Assembly: GCA_964404925.1 (NCBI GenBank)
Contig: CAYOLW010000004.1
Location: 8,894 to 72,893, forward strand
DNA length: 64,000 nt
Direction: 5' to 3'
DNA from: an uncultured Candidatus Saccharibacteria bacterium
GTDB lineage: Bacteria > Patescibacteriota > Minisyncoccia > Phycocordibacterales > UBA9973
This document shows positions 18,681 through 27,826 of the stretch, in pieces (within the stretch, counting starts at the first letter, position 1; every line of letters starts with the position of its first letter). A program made the position numbers and the translations under genes. The notes beneath the pieces are model-generated. The model saw only the letters and a program-made list of their open reading frames with translations, did not search any database and was not told the DNA's origin.

Positions 18681-19871
18681 CTAATAGATTAAACCTTCAA
18701 CTTTCTCCATGAGCGGATTTGTCGCGTTTTTACTGCGACAAACACACGTGACATCCAGGTAGCCATACTCAATAGCTCCGGGGTTCGTGATAAGAACAAA
18801 ATTACCGTTTGCTGGGTTCAACAAATCACCCAAGACTTCCTGAACTTGTTCAAATGAACGAATTTTCGTCTCAGAAAAATGTTTGTGTAAGATAGATACC
18901 TTTCCTAAACGACGTGCTTGTCTCAGTCTTCGAATTGCATCGAAAATAAAAAGAATCGCACCTTTTCTGGGGTTAAGATCACTCCAGAAAATATTGCCAC
19001 CTTCATCAACGAGGACATCGCAGCACATGTAACCAAGGCCACCTAGTGCTAAAATCTCAGAAGTAAGACGTTTAAAACCATCGTCTAACTTTTTGCGCAA
19101 ATTTCGATCAAAAGAAACAGGGAACTCTGTACCCACGTAAGATAAATTTTCACCAATCTGGCCAAAGTAGCCAATGAAGCGCACCTGGCCATCGGTAAGA
19201 ATTTCCCAGTGGACTGCAATCTCACGTTTAACTTGGATTTGTGGCTCTATGATATAGCCCTCATTCAAATCAAGTTCTAAAAAATCCGCTTCGCAATTAA
19301 GTGGAGTTATCATTCCTAAAGACTTGCCACCACTGCCGTAAACCTTTTTGGCGATCAACTGATCTGAATCTAATTCGTTTACCAAATCATTCCAAGATAG
19401 GTCACTTGCTAATGTCATGTCTATAAATGGTAGGGTCGGTATTCCAACTTTGATGAATAGTTCTTTGAAACTGTTTTTCTTTTGATATTCAGTTGCAAAA
19501 TCAAAATTCATATAGGCAGGAATGCCAATCGCATTGGCTAACTGTGCTTCACGATCTGATGGATGGAAAAACTCTAGCCTACCATTGTGTCCATTGAGTT
19601 TCGCTTTAATCTGTTTTTGTATTTCTGGTTTTCCGTATATCAAATCAGACAACGCTTTGTCTGACTCAAAGGGCCCAGCATTTAAAAATTTAGGGATCGG
19701 GTAACCTAAGTTTCTCCAGTAGTTAATATAACTTTGATTAATTGGGTCAGTGGTCACAACAATGTCACAACCACGTGCTTGAGGCAAGGTGCCTCTTTGA
19801 TCAAAGGCTTGTTCGCTGGGAACTCCAATGAAATTTGGGAGACTTTGACTGTCGATGAAAATGCGTATCAT
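18681..19871 (-). CDS. Pre-ATP-grasp + ATP-grasp amide ligase (PGM1-like architecture)
   Basis: DQR..ARGCDIVV..YINYWRNLG N-terminal domain; KK..FKEL...GIP, K..YGSGG, IIEP, CDVL..SDLNPR; start set at MIRIF (19871). Confidence 0.75.
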   Translation of the reverse strand: MIRIFIDSQSLPNFIGVPSEQAFDQRGTLPQARGCDIVVTTDPINQSYINYWRNLGYPIPKFLNAGPFESDKALSDLIYGKPEIQKQIKAKLNGHNGRLEFFHPSDREAQLANAIGIPAYMNFDFATEYQKKNSFKELFIKVGIPTLPFIDMTLASDLSWNDLVNELDSDQLIAKKVYGSGGKSLGMITPLNCEADFLELDLNEGYIIEPQIQVKREIAVHWEILTDGQVRFIGYFGQIGENLSYVGTEFPVSFDRNLRKKLDDGFKRLTSEILALGGLGYMCCDVLVDEGGNIFWSDLNPRKGAILFIFDAIRRLRQARRLGKVSILHKHFSETKIRSFEQVQEVLGDLLNPANGNFVLITNPGAIEYGYLDVTCVCRSKNATNPLMEKVEGLIY

Positions 19872-19903
19872 GTGATTTGTATTTTGTTGTGAAAGAACGA
19901 GTG

Positions 19904-19937
19904 AAAAACAAAACGACTCCATCGTGAAGTCGTTTTG
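19904..19937 (-). terminator. Attenuator terminator upstream of ATP-grasp gene
   Basis: Minus strand CAAAACGACTTC-ACGAT-GGAGTCGTTTTG followed by TTTTT. Confidence 0.85.
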
Positions 19938-19967
19938 TGAGGGTTTGTAGTAAAATAGTAGGTGATA

Positions 19968-20051
19968 TTACAAGCACTCGAAAGCGACTCCACGGGTGTG
20001 CGGAGTACGGCGACGAAGTGCGACTGCGTTAACTGTAATATCAAAACTCAT
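19968..20051 (-). CDS. Arg-rich attenuator leader peptide (27 aa)
   Basis: MSFDITVNAVALRRRTPHTRGVAFECL*; ATG 7 nt after the -10; carries the antiterminator strand CGTGGAGTCG. Confidence 0.75.
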   Translation of the reverse strand: MSFDITVNAVALRRRTPHTRGVAFECL

Positions 20052-20058
20052 GTAGAGC

Positions 20059-20087
20059 ATGTTACTTCTTATTTAGGAACTTGTCAA
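20059..20087 (-). promoter_or_regulatory. sigma70 promoter embedded in pepN 3' end
   Basis: TTGACA-17 bp-TAACAT. Confidence 0.8.
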
Positions 20088-22644
20088 GTGCTTTAGCATC
20101 TCTTTTTGCCCACAGCATATTGCCTTCAATTTTTTCTTTCGTCTGTTCTATGGCTCGGGCAGCACCAGGGGCAGGGTGGTTTTTAAAGAATTTATTAAAG
20201 AATTCCAAGTGTTTCTTTTCAGAAGAATTAGAAATAGCGCTTAGCATTCGGCCCAGGGTATGTCCACCTTCACCGTAGCGGGATACGAGTGTGTCCCAAT
20301 TATCACGTAGAATATTAACCCACACATCACGACCGATAGGATTAATAGCAACGTAGCTTAGTATGCCTACGGTGTCTTGCGGACGAACATTTTTAGACAA
20401 GGCAAATTCTGCGACATGTTTCAGTATTTTTTCATCCTTGAAATTTCCAAGTGAATATCCAATACGATTCTTTTCTTCGTGCAGAATTTCATTTTTATAC
20501 ATTTCAGTTAAAGTTTTGAATTCTTTTTGTCCACCATTTCCTGCAACTAACCCATAGATTACACCACGTAAATCTGGATCTATTTGTTCACCTTTTTCTA
20601 TGTTCTTAAATAAAAATTGAGCTTGTTTAATTATCTGTTTGTCGCCAGAGGAACCAAGTCGGCCAATCACAAGAGGACGAAGTAGTGTATCAGTATATTT
20701 CTCTCCTGGCTTTTTCTCCCAACCAAGTTTAGTAAAGATAGGGGAGAATAGATTAATAATAAATGTATTCAGTGGTGCTTCTGTTTTTGTCTTAGCTGCC
20801 AATTGTTTTAGTCTGCCAAGGCCGGTAGCTATCTCGGACCACACAACATAGCTGTCTTCGTTTTTATATGCATCAAGGAATTCTAGGGCATAATTAGTAG
20901 GGATCATTCCTGCTTCAGATGAGGCAAACAGGTCTCGAATTATACCCAATCTGTCTGGTTCACTGAGTGTTTTCTCTGTAACTGGATTTCGAAGTAGGGT
21001 TAAAAGCTCGTGTGAGTATACAGTACGATGGAAACTAGTTTCCATTAGGTTTACCTTGATTGGTTCATTCATTCCGCTGCACAGCGCTGCAGTTTCTTTT
21101 TTCTTTGTGAGTAAAAATTTACTTTCGTTTGCTGAAATAGGTATCTGCCATACTGTATTGTCTTTTGATTTTAATTTTGCCTCGCCCACAAGGCTACGGA
21201 CGCGGGAATTTGGATTAGCAAAAAATCTACTTTGTGTAAAAGATAGCTCGCCCTTGTTTTGGGTTACTTCAACTACTGGATAGCCACTTTGGCTGGTCCA
21301 GTTATGCATAATTTTTTCGACAGGTTGTTTAGACACTTTTTCAAAAGCTTCCCAAAGGTGAACAGTCGAAGTATTCTTGTAGCTATGTTTTTTGAGATAG
21401 TAGCGTAATCCATCTCTGAATTTCACAGGGCCCAAATAGTCTGCGAGCATGCGGATAACTGAGGCACCCTTAGAGTAAGATACTGCATCGAATATCTCAC
21501 CAATTTCGTCTGGGTGATGAACTGCGACCTCAATAGGATGAGTGCTAGCTAGTCCATCAAGCCTCATGGCGATGTTGGTTGTTTCGGTGGTAAATCGTGT
21601 CCATACGTCCCACTCTGGGAAAAGTTCATGAAGTACAACGTACGGAATATAAGAAGCAAAACCTTCATTGAGCCACAAGTGCGTCCACCACTCCATGGTT
21701 ACTAAATTACCAAACCACTGGTGCGCTAATTCATGGGCAATAACTTCAGCAATTAATTCTTTTGATGCAGTGGATGTTTTACCTTCATCAACGAGAAGTC
21801 CTATCTCGCGGAATGTGATCGCACCCCAGTTCTCCATGGCTAGAGATGTAAAGTCTGGTATTGCTATCATGTCTAGCGTATTGAGTGGGTATTTAATATT
21901 GAAATAATCTTCGTAAAAGTCTAATACTCGTACGGTTGTATCAAGGGCAAATTCGGACTGATGCTTTTTGCCGGGTGTAGTGTACACGCGCACTAGGACA
22001 CCATTTTTCGATTTTCTCTCTAAGTATTCAAACTCACCAACAAGGAACGCCAACAAGTAAGTAGACATTTTCGGCGTTGGAGCGAAGCGCACAACTTCAA
22101 ACCCGGATTCATGAGGCGTTCGTTCAACGGGTAGGGTATTTGAAATGGCAGTTTTACCTTTTGGTATTACCAAAGACACGTTAAATACAGCCTTCTGGGC
22201 TGGTTCGTCAAAACATGGGAAAGCGCGTCTTGCATCGGTAGCTTCAAATTGAGTAGTTGCAAGGTGGTTGACCTTGCCTTCGTAAACATAAGAACTCTTG
22301 TAGAAGCCTCTCATTTTGTCATTTAGTATTCCTCGGAACACTAAACCCAGAGTATTCTTACCAGATTTTATTTTTGTTGGAAAAGTAAATGTAGCAGTTT
22401 CGTTTTTTTCATTATAAGAAATTTCTGCAAAAATTTTCTTTGTTTTTGAGATAGCTATGTGGGCAGTCTCAATATCGATATCTTTTGAATGGAGGGTTAT
22501 TTGGTTTGTGGGTTTAGTTGACTTAAAAGTGATATTTTCTACTCCACTGAAAGTGAAATTCTCTAAATCTGGGTGCAATTTTATATCATACGTAATAGGG
22601 GTTATCCAATCTGGAAGCCTGACTTCATTTTTTGTTTTTTTCAT
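20062..22644 (-). CDS. pepN: M1 family aminopeptidase N (puromycin-sensitive/ERAP1-like C domain)
   Basis: TQFEATDARRAFPCFDEP, AMENWG, HELAHQWFG..LWLNEG. Confidence 0.95.
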   Translation of the reverse strand: MKKTKNEVRLPDWITPITYDIKLHPDLENFTFSGVENITFKSTKPTNQITLHSKDIDIETAHIAISKTKKIFAEISYNEKNETATFTFPTKIKSGKNTLGLVFRGILNDKMRGFYKSSYVYEGKVNHLATTQFEATDARRAFPCFDEPAQKAVFNVSLVIPKGKTAISNTLPVERTPHESGFEVVRFAPTPKMSTYLLAFLVGEFEYLERKSKNGVLVRVYTTPGKKHQSEFALDTTVRVLDFYEDYFNIKYPLNTLDMIAIPDFTSLAMENWGAITFREIGLLVDEGKTSTASKELIAEVIAHELAHQWFGNLVTMEWWTHLWLNEGFASYIPYVVLHELFPEWDVWTRFTTETTNIAMRLDGLASTHPIEVAVHHPDEIGEIFDAVSYSKGASVIRMLADYLGPVKFRDGLRYYLKKHSYKNTSTVHLWEAFEKVSKQPVEKIMHNWTSQSGYPVVEVTQNKGELSFTQSRFFANPNSRVRSLVGEAKLKSKDNTVWQIPISANESKFLLTKKKETAALCSGMNEPIKVNLMETSFHRTVYSHELLTLLRNPVTEKTLSEPDRLGIIRDLFASSEAGMIPTNYALEFLDAYKNEDSYVVWSEIATGLGRLKQLAAKTKTEAPLNTFIINLFSPIFTKLGWEKKPGEKYTDTLLRPLVIGRLGSSGDKQIIKQAQFLFKNIEKGEQIDPDLRGVIYGLVAGNGGQKEFKTLTEMYKNEILHEEKNRIGYSLGNFKDEKILKHVAEFALSKNVRPQDTVGILSYVAINPIGRDVWVNILRDNWDTLVSRYGEGGHTLGRMLSAISNSSEKKHLEFFNKFFKNHPAPGAARAIEQTKEKIEGNMLWAKRDAKALDKFLNKK

Positions 22645-22729
22645 CCGTGCTTTTATTTTAAATAATAATATTACGTGATTATAGCATGTTTTAATGCATG
22701 GTAACTAAAAAAATGCTAGCATATCCTCT

Positions 22730-23488
22730 ATGGAACAGGATAATAATAAGTCCATTTACACGATTAAAACTTCGAATTTTGAAGGACCTTTTGGTTTGCT
22801 ACTCTCATTGGTTGAAGACAGAAAGTTATTTATTAATGACCTTTCTTTGGCAGAAGTGACTGAGGATTATGTAAATTACATAAACAGCCTGCCTAAAGAA
22901 GACAAAGAAGAAATAGCTAGCTTTATTCTAGTAGCAGCTACCCTGATACTCATAAAGTCTAAATCCTTGTTGCCAAATTTGTCATTGTCCGCCGAAGAAG
23001 AATCAGATATAGCAAATCTAGAAAACAGATTAAAACTATTTGAACTGTACAGTAATTTATCGGCTCACGTAAAGTCTAATTTTGGGAAGAAAATAATTTT
23101 TCCAGCTGAAGATAGAAATACTGAGATTAAAATTTTTCTACCAGATAGTCAGATAACCAAAGAAAGCATGTTGGGCACAGCGATGTCTTTGCTTAATAAA
23201 ATTCCTAGCAAAGCCCAATTACCTGAAGTTGAAATTAAAAAGGTAATAAGTATCGAAGAAATGATTGATAGGTTAGCTGATCGGATTGAATCTACCCTAA
23301 AACTTAATTTTAAAGAATTTGCCGGAGGTGCTAAAACCAAAGACGAGAAGGTCTATGTAATTGTAAGCTTCTTGGCGATGTTGGAATTAATTAGGACGGG
23401 TATATTAGAAGCCGTGCAAGAAAACAACTTTTCAGATATTATTGTTGAGAAGCAAATAAATCAAAACTATGAACACATTAGCGAATAA
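22730..23488 (+). CDS. scpA: Segregation/condensation protein A
   Basis: FEGPFGLLL, KSKSLLP, FLAMLEL. Confidence 0.93.
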   Translation: MEQDNNKSIYTIKTSNFEGPFGLLLSLVEDRKLFINDLSLAEVTEDYVNYINSLPKEDKEEIASFILVAATLILIKSKSLLPNLSLSAEEESDIANLENRLKLFELYSNLSAHVKSNFGKKIIFPAEDRNTEIKIFLPDSQITKESMLGTAMSLLNKIPSKAQLPEVEIKKVISIEEMIDRLADRIESTLKLNFKEFAGGAKTKDEKVYVIVSFLAMLELIRTGILEAVQENNFSDIIVEKQINQNYEHISE

Positions 23489-24020
23489 AATTGAAGCGAT
23501 ACTTTTCTTTAAAGGAGAATCTTTGTCTTTAAAGAAAATTTCCGAAATCTGCCAAGCAGATATAGATGAAGTTAAATTAGCGTTAGCTGAACTCGAGAAC
23601 AAACTCACTGGAGGCATTGTTCTGCTTGTAAAAGATGATGAATATACATTGGGTACTGCACCAGATTTTGCTCAGATGATTGAAGATTTGCAGAAAGAAG
23701 AATTGAACAAGACTCTTACTAAATCAAGTCTCGAAACTCTGTCTATTATTCTATACAAAAATGGTGCTAGTCGAGCAGAAATAGACTATATTCGTGGAGT
23801 TAATTCAAGTTTTACTTTACGAGCTTTGTCTGTGCGTGGTTTAGTAGAGAAGATTCCAGATCCTAGTGATGCCAGGAAATATGTTTATAAACCAACCTTT
23901 GAACTCCTTTCCTATATGGGGGTAACTAAGGTAGAATATTTGCCAGAGTATGGTGATGTAGAACAAAAGATGAATCAAATTAAAGAGCCTGTAACTGAAA
24001 AAGAGGAAAATGCCGACTAG
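23469..24020 (+). CDS. scpB: Segregation/condensation protein B
   Basis: IEAILF, LETLSIILYK, RAEIDYIRGVNS. Confidence 0.93.
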   Translation: MNTLANKIEAILFFKGESLSLKKISEICQADIDEVKLALAELENKLTGGIVLLVKDDEYTLGTAPDFAQMIEDLQKEELNKTLTKSSLETLSIILYKNGASRAEIDYIRGVNSSFTLRALSVRGLVEKIPDPSDARKYVYKPTFELLSYMGVTKVEYLPEYGDVEQKMNQIKEPVTEKEENAD

Positions 24021-24894
24021 GAGAGAAAGACTCGCTATTTTTATATTGGTACTATTCTCAATTTTTGGAGCACTTATTTGGCATTCCTACAAATTAGAAC
24101 AAAAAGCTCAAGAGAAAAAAGAAGCTGAGTTGCAAAAATATCTGACAGACGTAGAGAAAGGTTTAGGGGACTTAGACATAGAAGCAAAATCTGTTTCAGT
24201 TTATAACTTCACACTAAACAGAAAAATATTTGCTAAAAATGATACAGCAATACTTCCTTTAGCTTCAATAACTAAATTAGTTTCTGTGCCTCTTTCTATT
24301 AAAATAGATAATTCTCCTGTCAGAATATCACAAAATGCAATCAGAACACCTCAAGATGATAAATTAATACCAGGGGATATTTGGGAAAAGAAAGATTTAG
24401 GCAAGCTTGCTTTAGTTGTATCATCGAATGATGCCACTATGGCTTTAAGTGAAAATATTCCTTTTTTTGTTCAATTAATGAACAAGCGTGCGCAGTACTT
24501 GCGTGCTAAAAATACAACTTTTTATAATCCCACGGGGCTCGATATCGATGAACAGCATGCTGGAGCCTTAGGTACAGCCGAAGATGTGAATTGGCTTGCG
24601 TATTTTGCATTACACATGGAACCTGAAATTATAAAAGCTACAACTTACCCTAGACTGCTGGTTGATTCAAAAGGTGGTCATACTTACGATGTTTCAAACA
24701 CAAATACAGTAATACGCGAACTGCCTCCATTACTTTTATCAAAAACGGGCTACACCAATATAGCTGGAGGTAATTTAGTGGTAATGTTTAAAGATGGTAA
24801 TTACAATGAAATCGCAGTAACTATACTTGGCTCATCGTATAACGGCAGGTTTACCGACATGGTAAAAATAGTTAATTTCTTGTACAATTATTAG
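24010..24894 (+). CDS. D-Ala-D-Ala carboxypeptidase-like serine hydrolase (S11)
   Basis: N-terminal TM; ASITKL (SxxK), SSND (SxN), NPTGLD, KTG. Confidence 0.88.
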   Translation: MPTRRERLAIFILVLFSIFGALIWHSYKLEQKAQEKKEAELQKYLTDVEKGLGDLDIEAKSVSVYNFTLNRKIFAKNDTAILPLASITKLVSVPLSIKIDNSPVRISQNAIRTPQDDKLIPGDIWEKKDLGKLALVVSSNDATMALSENIPFFVQLMNKRAQYLRAKNTTFYNPTGLDIDEQHAGALGTAEDVNWLAYFALHMEPEIIKATTYPRLLVDSKGGHTYDVSNTNTVIRELPPLLLSKTGYTNIAGGNLVVMFKDGNYNEIAVTILGSSYNGRFTDMVKIVNFLYNY

Positions 24895-24895
24895 C

Positions 24896-25783
24896 ATGAG
24901 ATTTAAACTGTTTGCACTATTGTTCTTAATTTTATCTTGTCTGTTTTTTTCTTTTACATATGCGGCTTCCGAGAACACTGGTTTCGTAGATTCAAGTATT
25001 TGGTATTCAAAAGATAATTTTGTTGAAGGTGAAAAGATTAAAATCTACACTTTTGTATTTAACCCTAATGCTAATACATTAAAAGGAAGCGTTAGTTTTT
25101 ATGACGAAGCCACCTTGTTAGGTAAAAAAGATTTTAGTATATCGGGTACTGAAGGTAAGGCTATTTCTATTGATTGGAATGCTACGGTTGGCTCACACCG
25201 TATTTTTGCTCGAATCGAAAATGCCAAACTTGAAACTACACCTGGTAAATACGAAGAAATTGATTTAAATAATAAAGAAACTGAAAAAGATACAAAAGTA
25301 GTCGCAAAAAAATTACCTGATGTTAGTAGTATAAAAAACAAAATTAACGAGGCAATTGATTCAAGTACAGAACCTCTTTTGACAGTAGGGAATAATATAG
25401 TAGAAAAAACCCCAGAATCTATTACTAACCCTATTGCAAAAGTAATAAATTCAATTGAATCAACTCGGGTTTCAGTGAGTAACACGATTGAAGCAGAGAA
25501 GACAAAAGTAGAATCTGAAATAGATAAACTAACAAAAGTAAAACCGGCAATATCTGATAAATCAAATGAAGATCAAGACGCAAAAGAAATAGAAGATTTA
25601 GAAAAAATAAAAAATAATCAAAACGAGCAGGGTGTTTCTAATATGGAAAAACCGTTCAAATACGTAAAATTATTTCTCCTCACTATTTTAAGTTTTATCC
25701 TCCTAAACCCAGCATTACTTTATTTGATTGTATTAGTTCTAGTTTTTTTATTCTTACGTTTTATCTATAAAAGACTTTTTTAG
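24896..25783 (+). CDS. Secreted, C-terminally anchored protein with Ig/CARDB-like domain
   Basis: Signal peptide, beta-rich domain (WNATVGSHRIFARI), C-terminal TM. Confidence 0.6.
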   Translation: MRFKLFALLFLILSCLFFSFTYAASENTGFVDSSIWYSKDNFVEGEKIKIYTFVFNPNANTLKGSVSFYDEATLLGKKDFSISGTEGKAISIDWNATVGSHRIFARIENAKLETTPGKYEEIDLNNKETEKDTKVVAKKLPDVSSIKNKINEAIDSSTEPLLTVGNNIVEKTPESITNPIAKVINSIESTRVSVSNTIEAEKTKVESEIDKLTKVKPAISDKSNEDQDAKEIEDLEKIKNNQNEQGVSNMEKPFKYVKLFLLTILSFILLNPALLYLIVLVLVFLFLRFIYKRLF

Positions 25784-25824
25784 ACCTGTTTCTTTTTGTT
25801 CATAAATCTTGTAACATACAGTTA

Positions 25825-26100
25825 ATGTTCCCAAGAATATGTACAACCATTTTGCTGTGTCTTGTGTTGTTTTCCGGTCCATTTTGGCTTTTGTACCTAG
25901 GGGTATTGGCTGGTATTTTGTTTTTCTCAAACTACTGGGAAGGACTTGTCTTGTTATTATTTTGTGACCTTTTATTCGGTATTCCACTAGAACATTTCGA
26001 AGGTTTCCGTTTTGTATTTTTTATGCTGGGTTTAATTACACTATCAATTGCGGAAATTTTGAAAAAGAGAACTAGATTTAATGATAATTATGCGAAATAG
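25825..26100 (+). CDS. Small membrane protein, MreD-like by position
   Basis: Hydrophobic 91 aa directly upstream of PBP2. Confidence 0.5.
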   Translation: MFPRICTTILLCLVLFSGPFWLLYLGVLAGILFFSNYWEGLVLLLFCDLLFGIPLEHFEGFRFVFFMLGLITLSIAEILKKRTRFNDNYAK

Positions 26101-27781
26101 AAGAAAAATTAAATTATCCCAATTCGATCCTGATGAAATTTTCCTTGATTCAAAAAACTTGGCGAATTTTAACCAACAGCAGTTCGAGGGTCGAATCGAA
26201 AAGCCCATTACCCGAGGGTCTATATTTACAGTTGGTATTTTCTTTACTTTTTTTGTCTTAATTTTTTTAGGACAATTAATTAGGTTACAAATAGTACAAG
26301 GGGAGAGTTATTTTAAAAGGAGTGAAAACAATACTCTTGATAAAACAATAATTTTCGCTGAGAGGGGAATTATCTACGATAGAAATAAGCAAGAATTAGC
26401 TTGGAACAAGAAACTTGATCCAAAGCAAACCAATGACAGTCCTTTCCCTGAGAGGGTGTATAAGGTGCCCGGTTTTTCCCATGTACTAGGATATTTGAGC
26501 ACACCAGCCAAAGACGAAAAAGGTATATATTGGCAAACTGATTATACCGGTAAAGACGGCATAGAGAAGGTTTACGACAAAAGACTCCAAGGAGAGAACG
26601 GGTCTAAAATAATTGAAGTTGATGCTCGTAATAAGGTTTATTCTGAAAACATTGTGAATACTCCAAAACGTGGCGCAGATCTAATAACAACCTTAGACAG
26701 CCGGCTTCAAGGAGAATTGTATACCTTAATAAAAAGTCACTCCGAACAACATAATTTTACAGGTGGTGCGGGTGTAATTATGGATATTGAAAATGGAGAA
26801 GTACTGGTATCAACTAGCTTCCCTGAATATGATTCTCAAGTATTAACAGATGGTAAAGATAAAGAAAAAATAAAAGGTTACTTAACAGACAAGCGCAAGG
26901 TTTTTCTAGATCGTACAATTTCCGGACTTTACACTCCAGGGTCTATAGTTAAACCCTTTTTTGCTTTTGGAGCATTAGCTGAAGGCATTATCGACCCTTA
27001 TAAAGAAATATTATCCACTGGATCGATATCCATACCTAATCCATATGTTAAAGGACAGGATTCTGTTTTTAAAGACTGGAAAGTAAACGGATGGACAGAT
27101 ATGTCAGAAGCAATTGCTGTGTCCTCTGATGTGTATTTTTACGCTATAGGTGGTGGATACCAAGATCAAAAAGGACTCGGTATTGCTCGATTAGAGAAGT
27201 ACGCCAGGTTGTTTAAAATTGGGGAGCCTACCGGGATTGATATACCAGATGAAAAAAAAGGTAATATACCTAGTATTGAATGGAAGGCCAAGGTTTTCCC
27301 AGGAGACCCATGGAGAATAGGTAACACATACCATACTTCAATCGGTCAGTATGGATTCCAAGTTACACCGGTTGAAATGGTGCGAGCTACAGCTGCGTTG
27401 GCTAACCGAGGGTTGGTAGTAACGCCGCATTTCCTTTTAGGTGAGGATAAAGAAATTATTGATATAAATAACGAACAAATAAAACCCGAATATTATGACC
27501 GGGTATTAGAGGGAATGCGTGAAGCAGTCACTATTGGTACAGCAGCTTCAATGAATGTGCCTTTTGTCTCAGTGGCTGCGAAAACTGGTACTGCTCAAGT
27601 GGGTATAAGTAAAAGTAAAGTAAATTCTTGGGTTATTGGATTTTTCCCTTACGAAAAGCCAAAATACGCCTTTACTATAATGATGGAATCTGGCCCAGCC
27701 GTTGGTACAGTGGGTGCTGCGCCAATTATGAAGCAGCTACTTGATTGGATGTCTATCTACACCCCTGAGTATTTTAAGTAG
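26090..27781 (+). CDS. mrdA: Class B penicillin-binding protein 2
   Basis: ERGIIYDRN, PGSIVKP, SSDVYFY, KTGTAQ. Confidence 0.92.
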   Translation: MRNRRKIKLSQFDPDEIFLDSKNLANFNQQQFEGRIEKPITRGSIFTVGIFFTFFVLIFLGQLIRLQIVQGESYFKRSENNTLDKTIIFAERGIIYDRNKQELAWNKKLDPKQTNDSPFPERVYKVPGFSHVLGYLSTPAKDEKGIYWQTDYTGKDGIEKVYDKRLQGENGSKIIEVDARNKVYSENIVNTPKRGADLITTLDSRLQGELYTLIKSHSEQHNFTGGAGVIMDIENGEVLVSTSFPEYDSQVLTDGKDKEKIKGYLTDKRKVFLDRTISGLYTPGSIVKPFFAFGALAEGIIDPYKEILSTGSISIPNPYVKGQDSVFKDWKVNGWTDMSEAIAVSSDVYFYAIGGGYQDQKGLGIARLEKYARLFKIGEPTGIDIPDEKKGNIPSIEWKAKVFPGDPWRIGNTYHTSIGQYGFQVTPVEMVRATAALANRGLVVTPHFLLGEDKEIIDINNEQIKPEYYDRVLEGMREAVTIGTAASMNVPFVSVAAKTGTAQVGISKSKVNSWVIGFFPYEKPKYAFTIMMESGPAVGTVGAAPIMKQLLDWMSIYTPEYFK

Positions 27782-27826
27782 GGCTTTACAAATATAAATA
27801 TATAGTGTATAATATAGGAAGCAAAA

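Noticed and set aside
19872-19922. Listed start (MESFCF...) of the ATP-grasp ORF
   Set aside because: Lies inside the terminator hairpin; MIRIF at 19871 follows the A-rich leader
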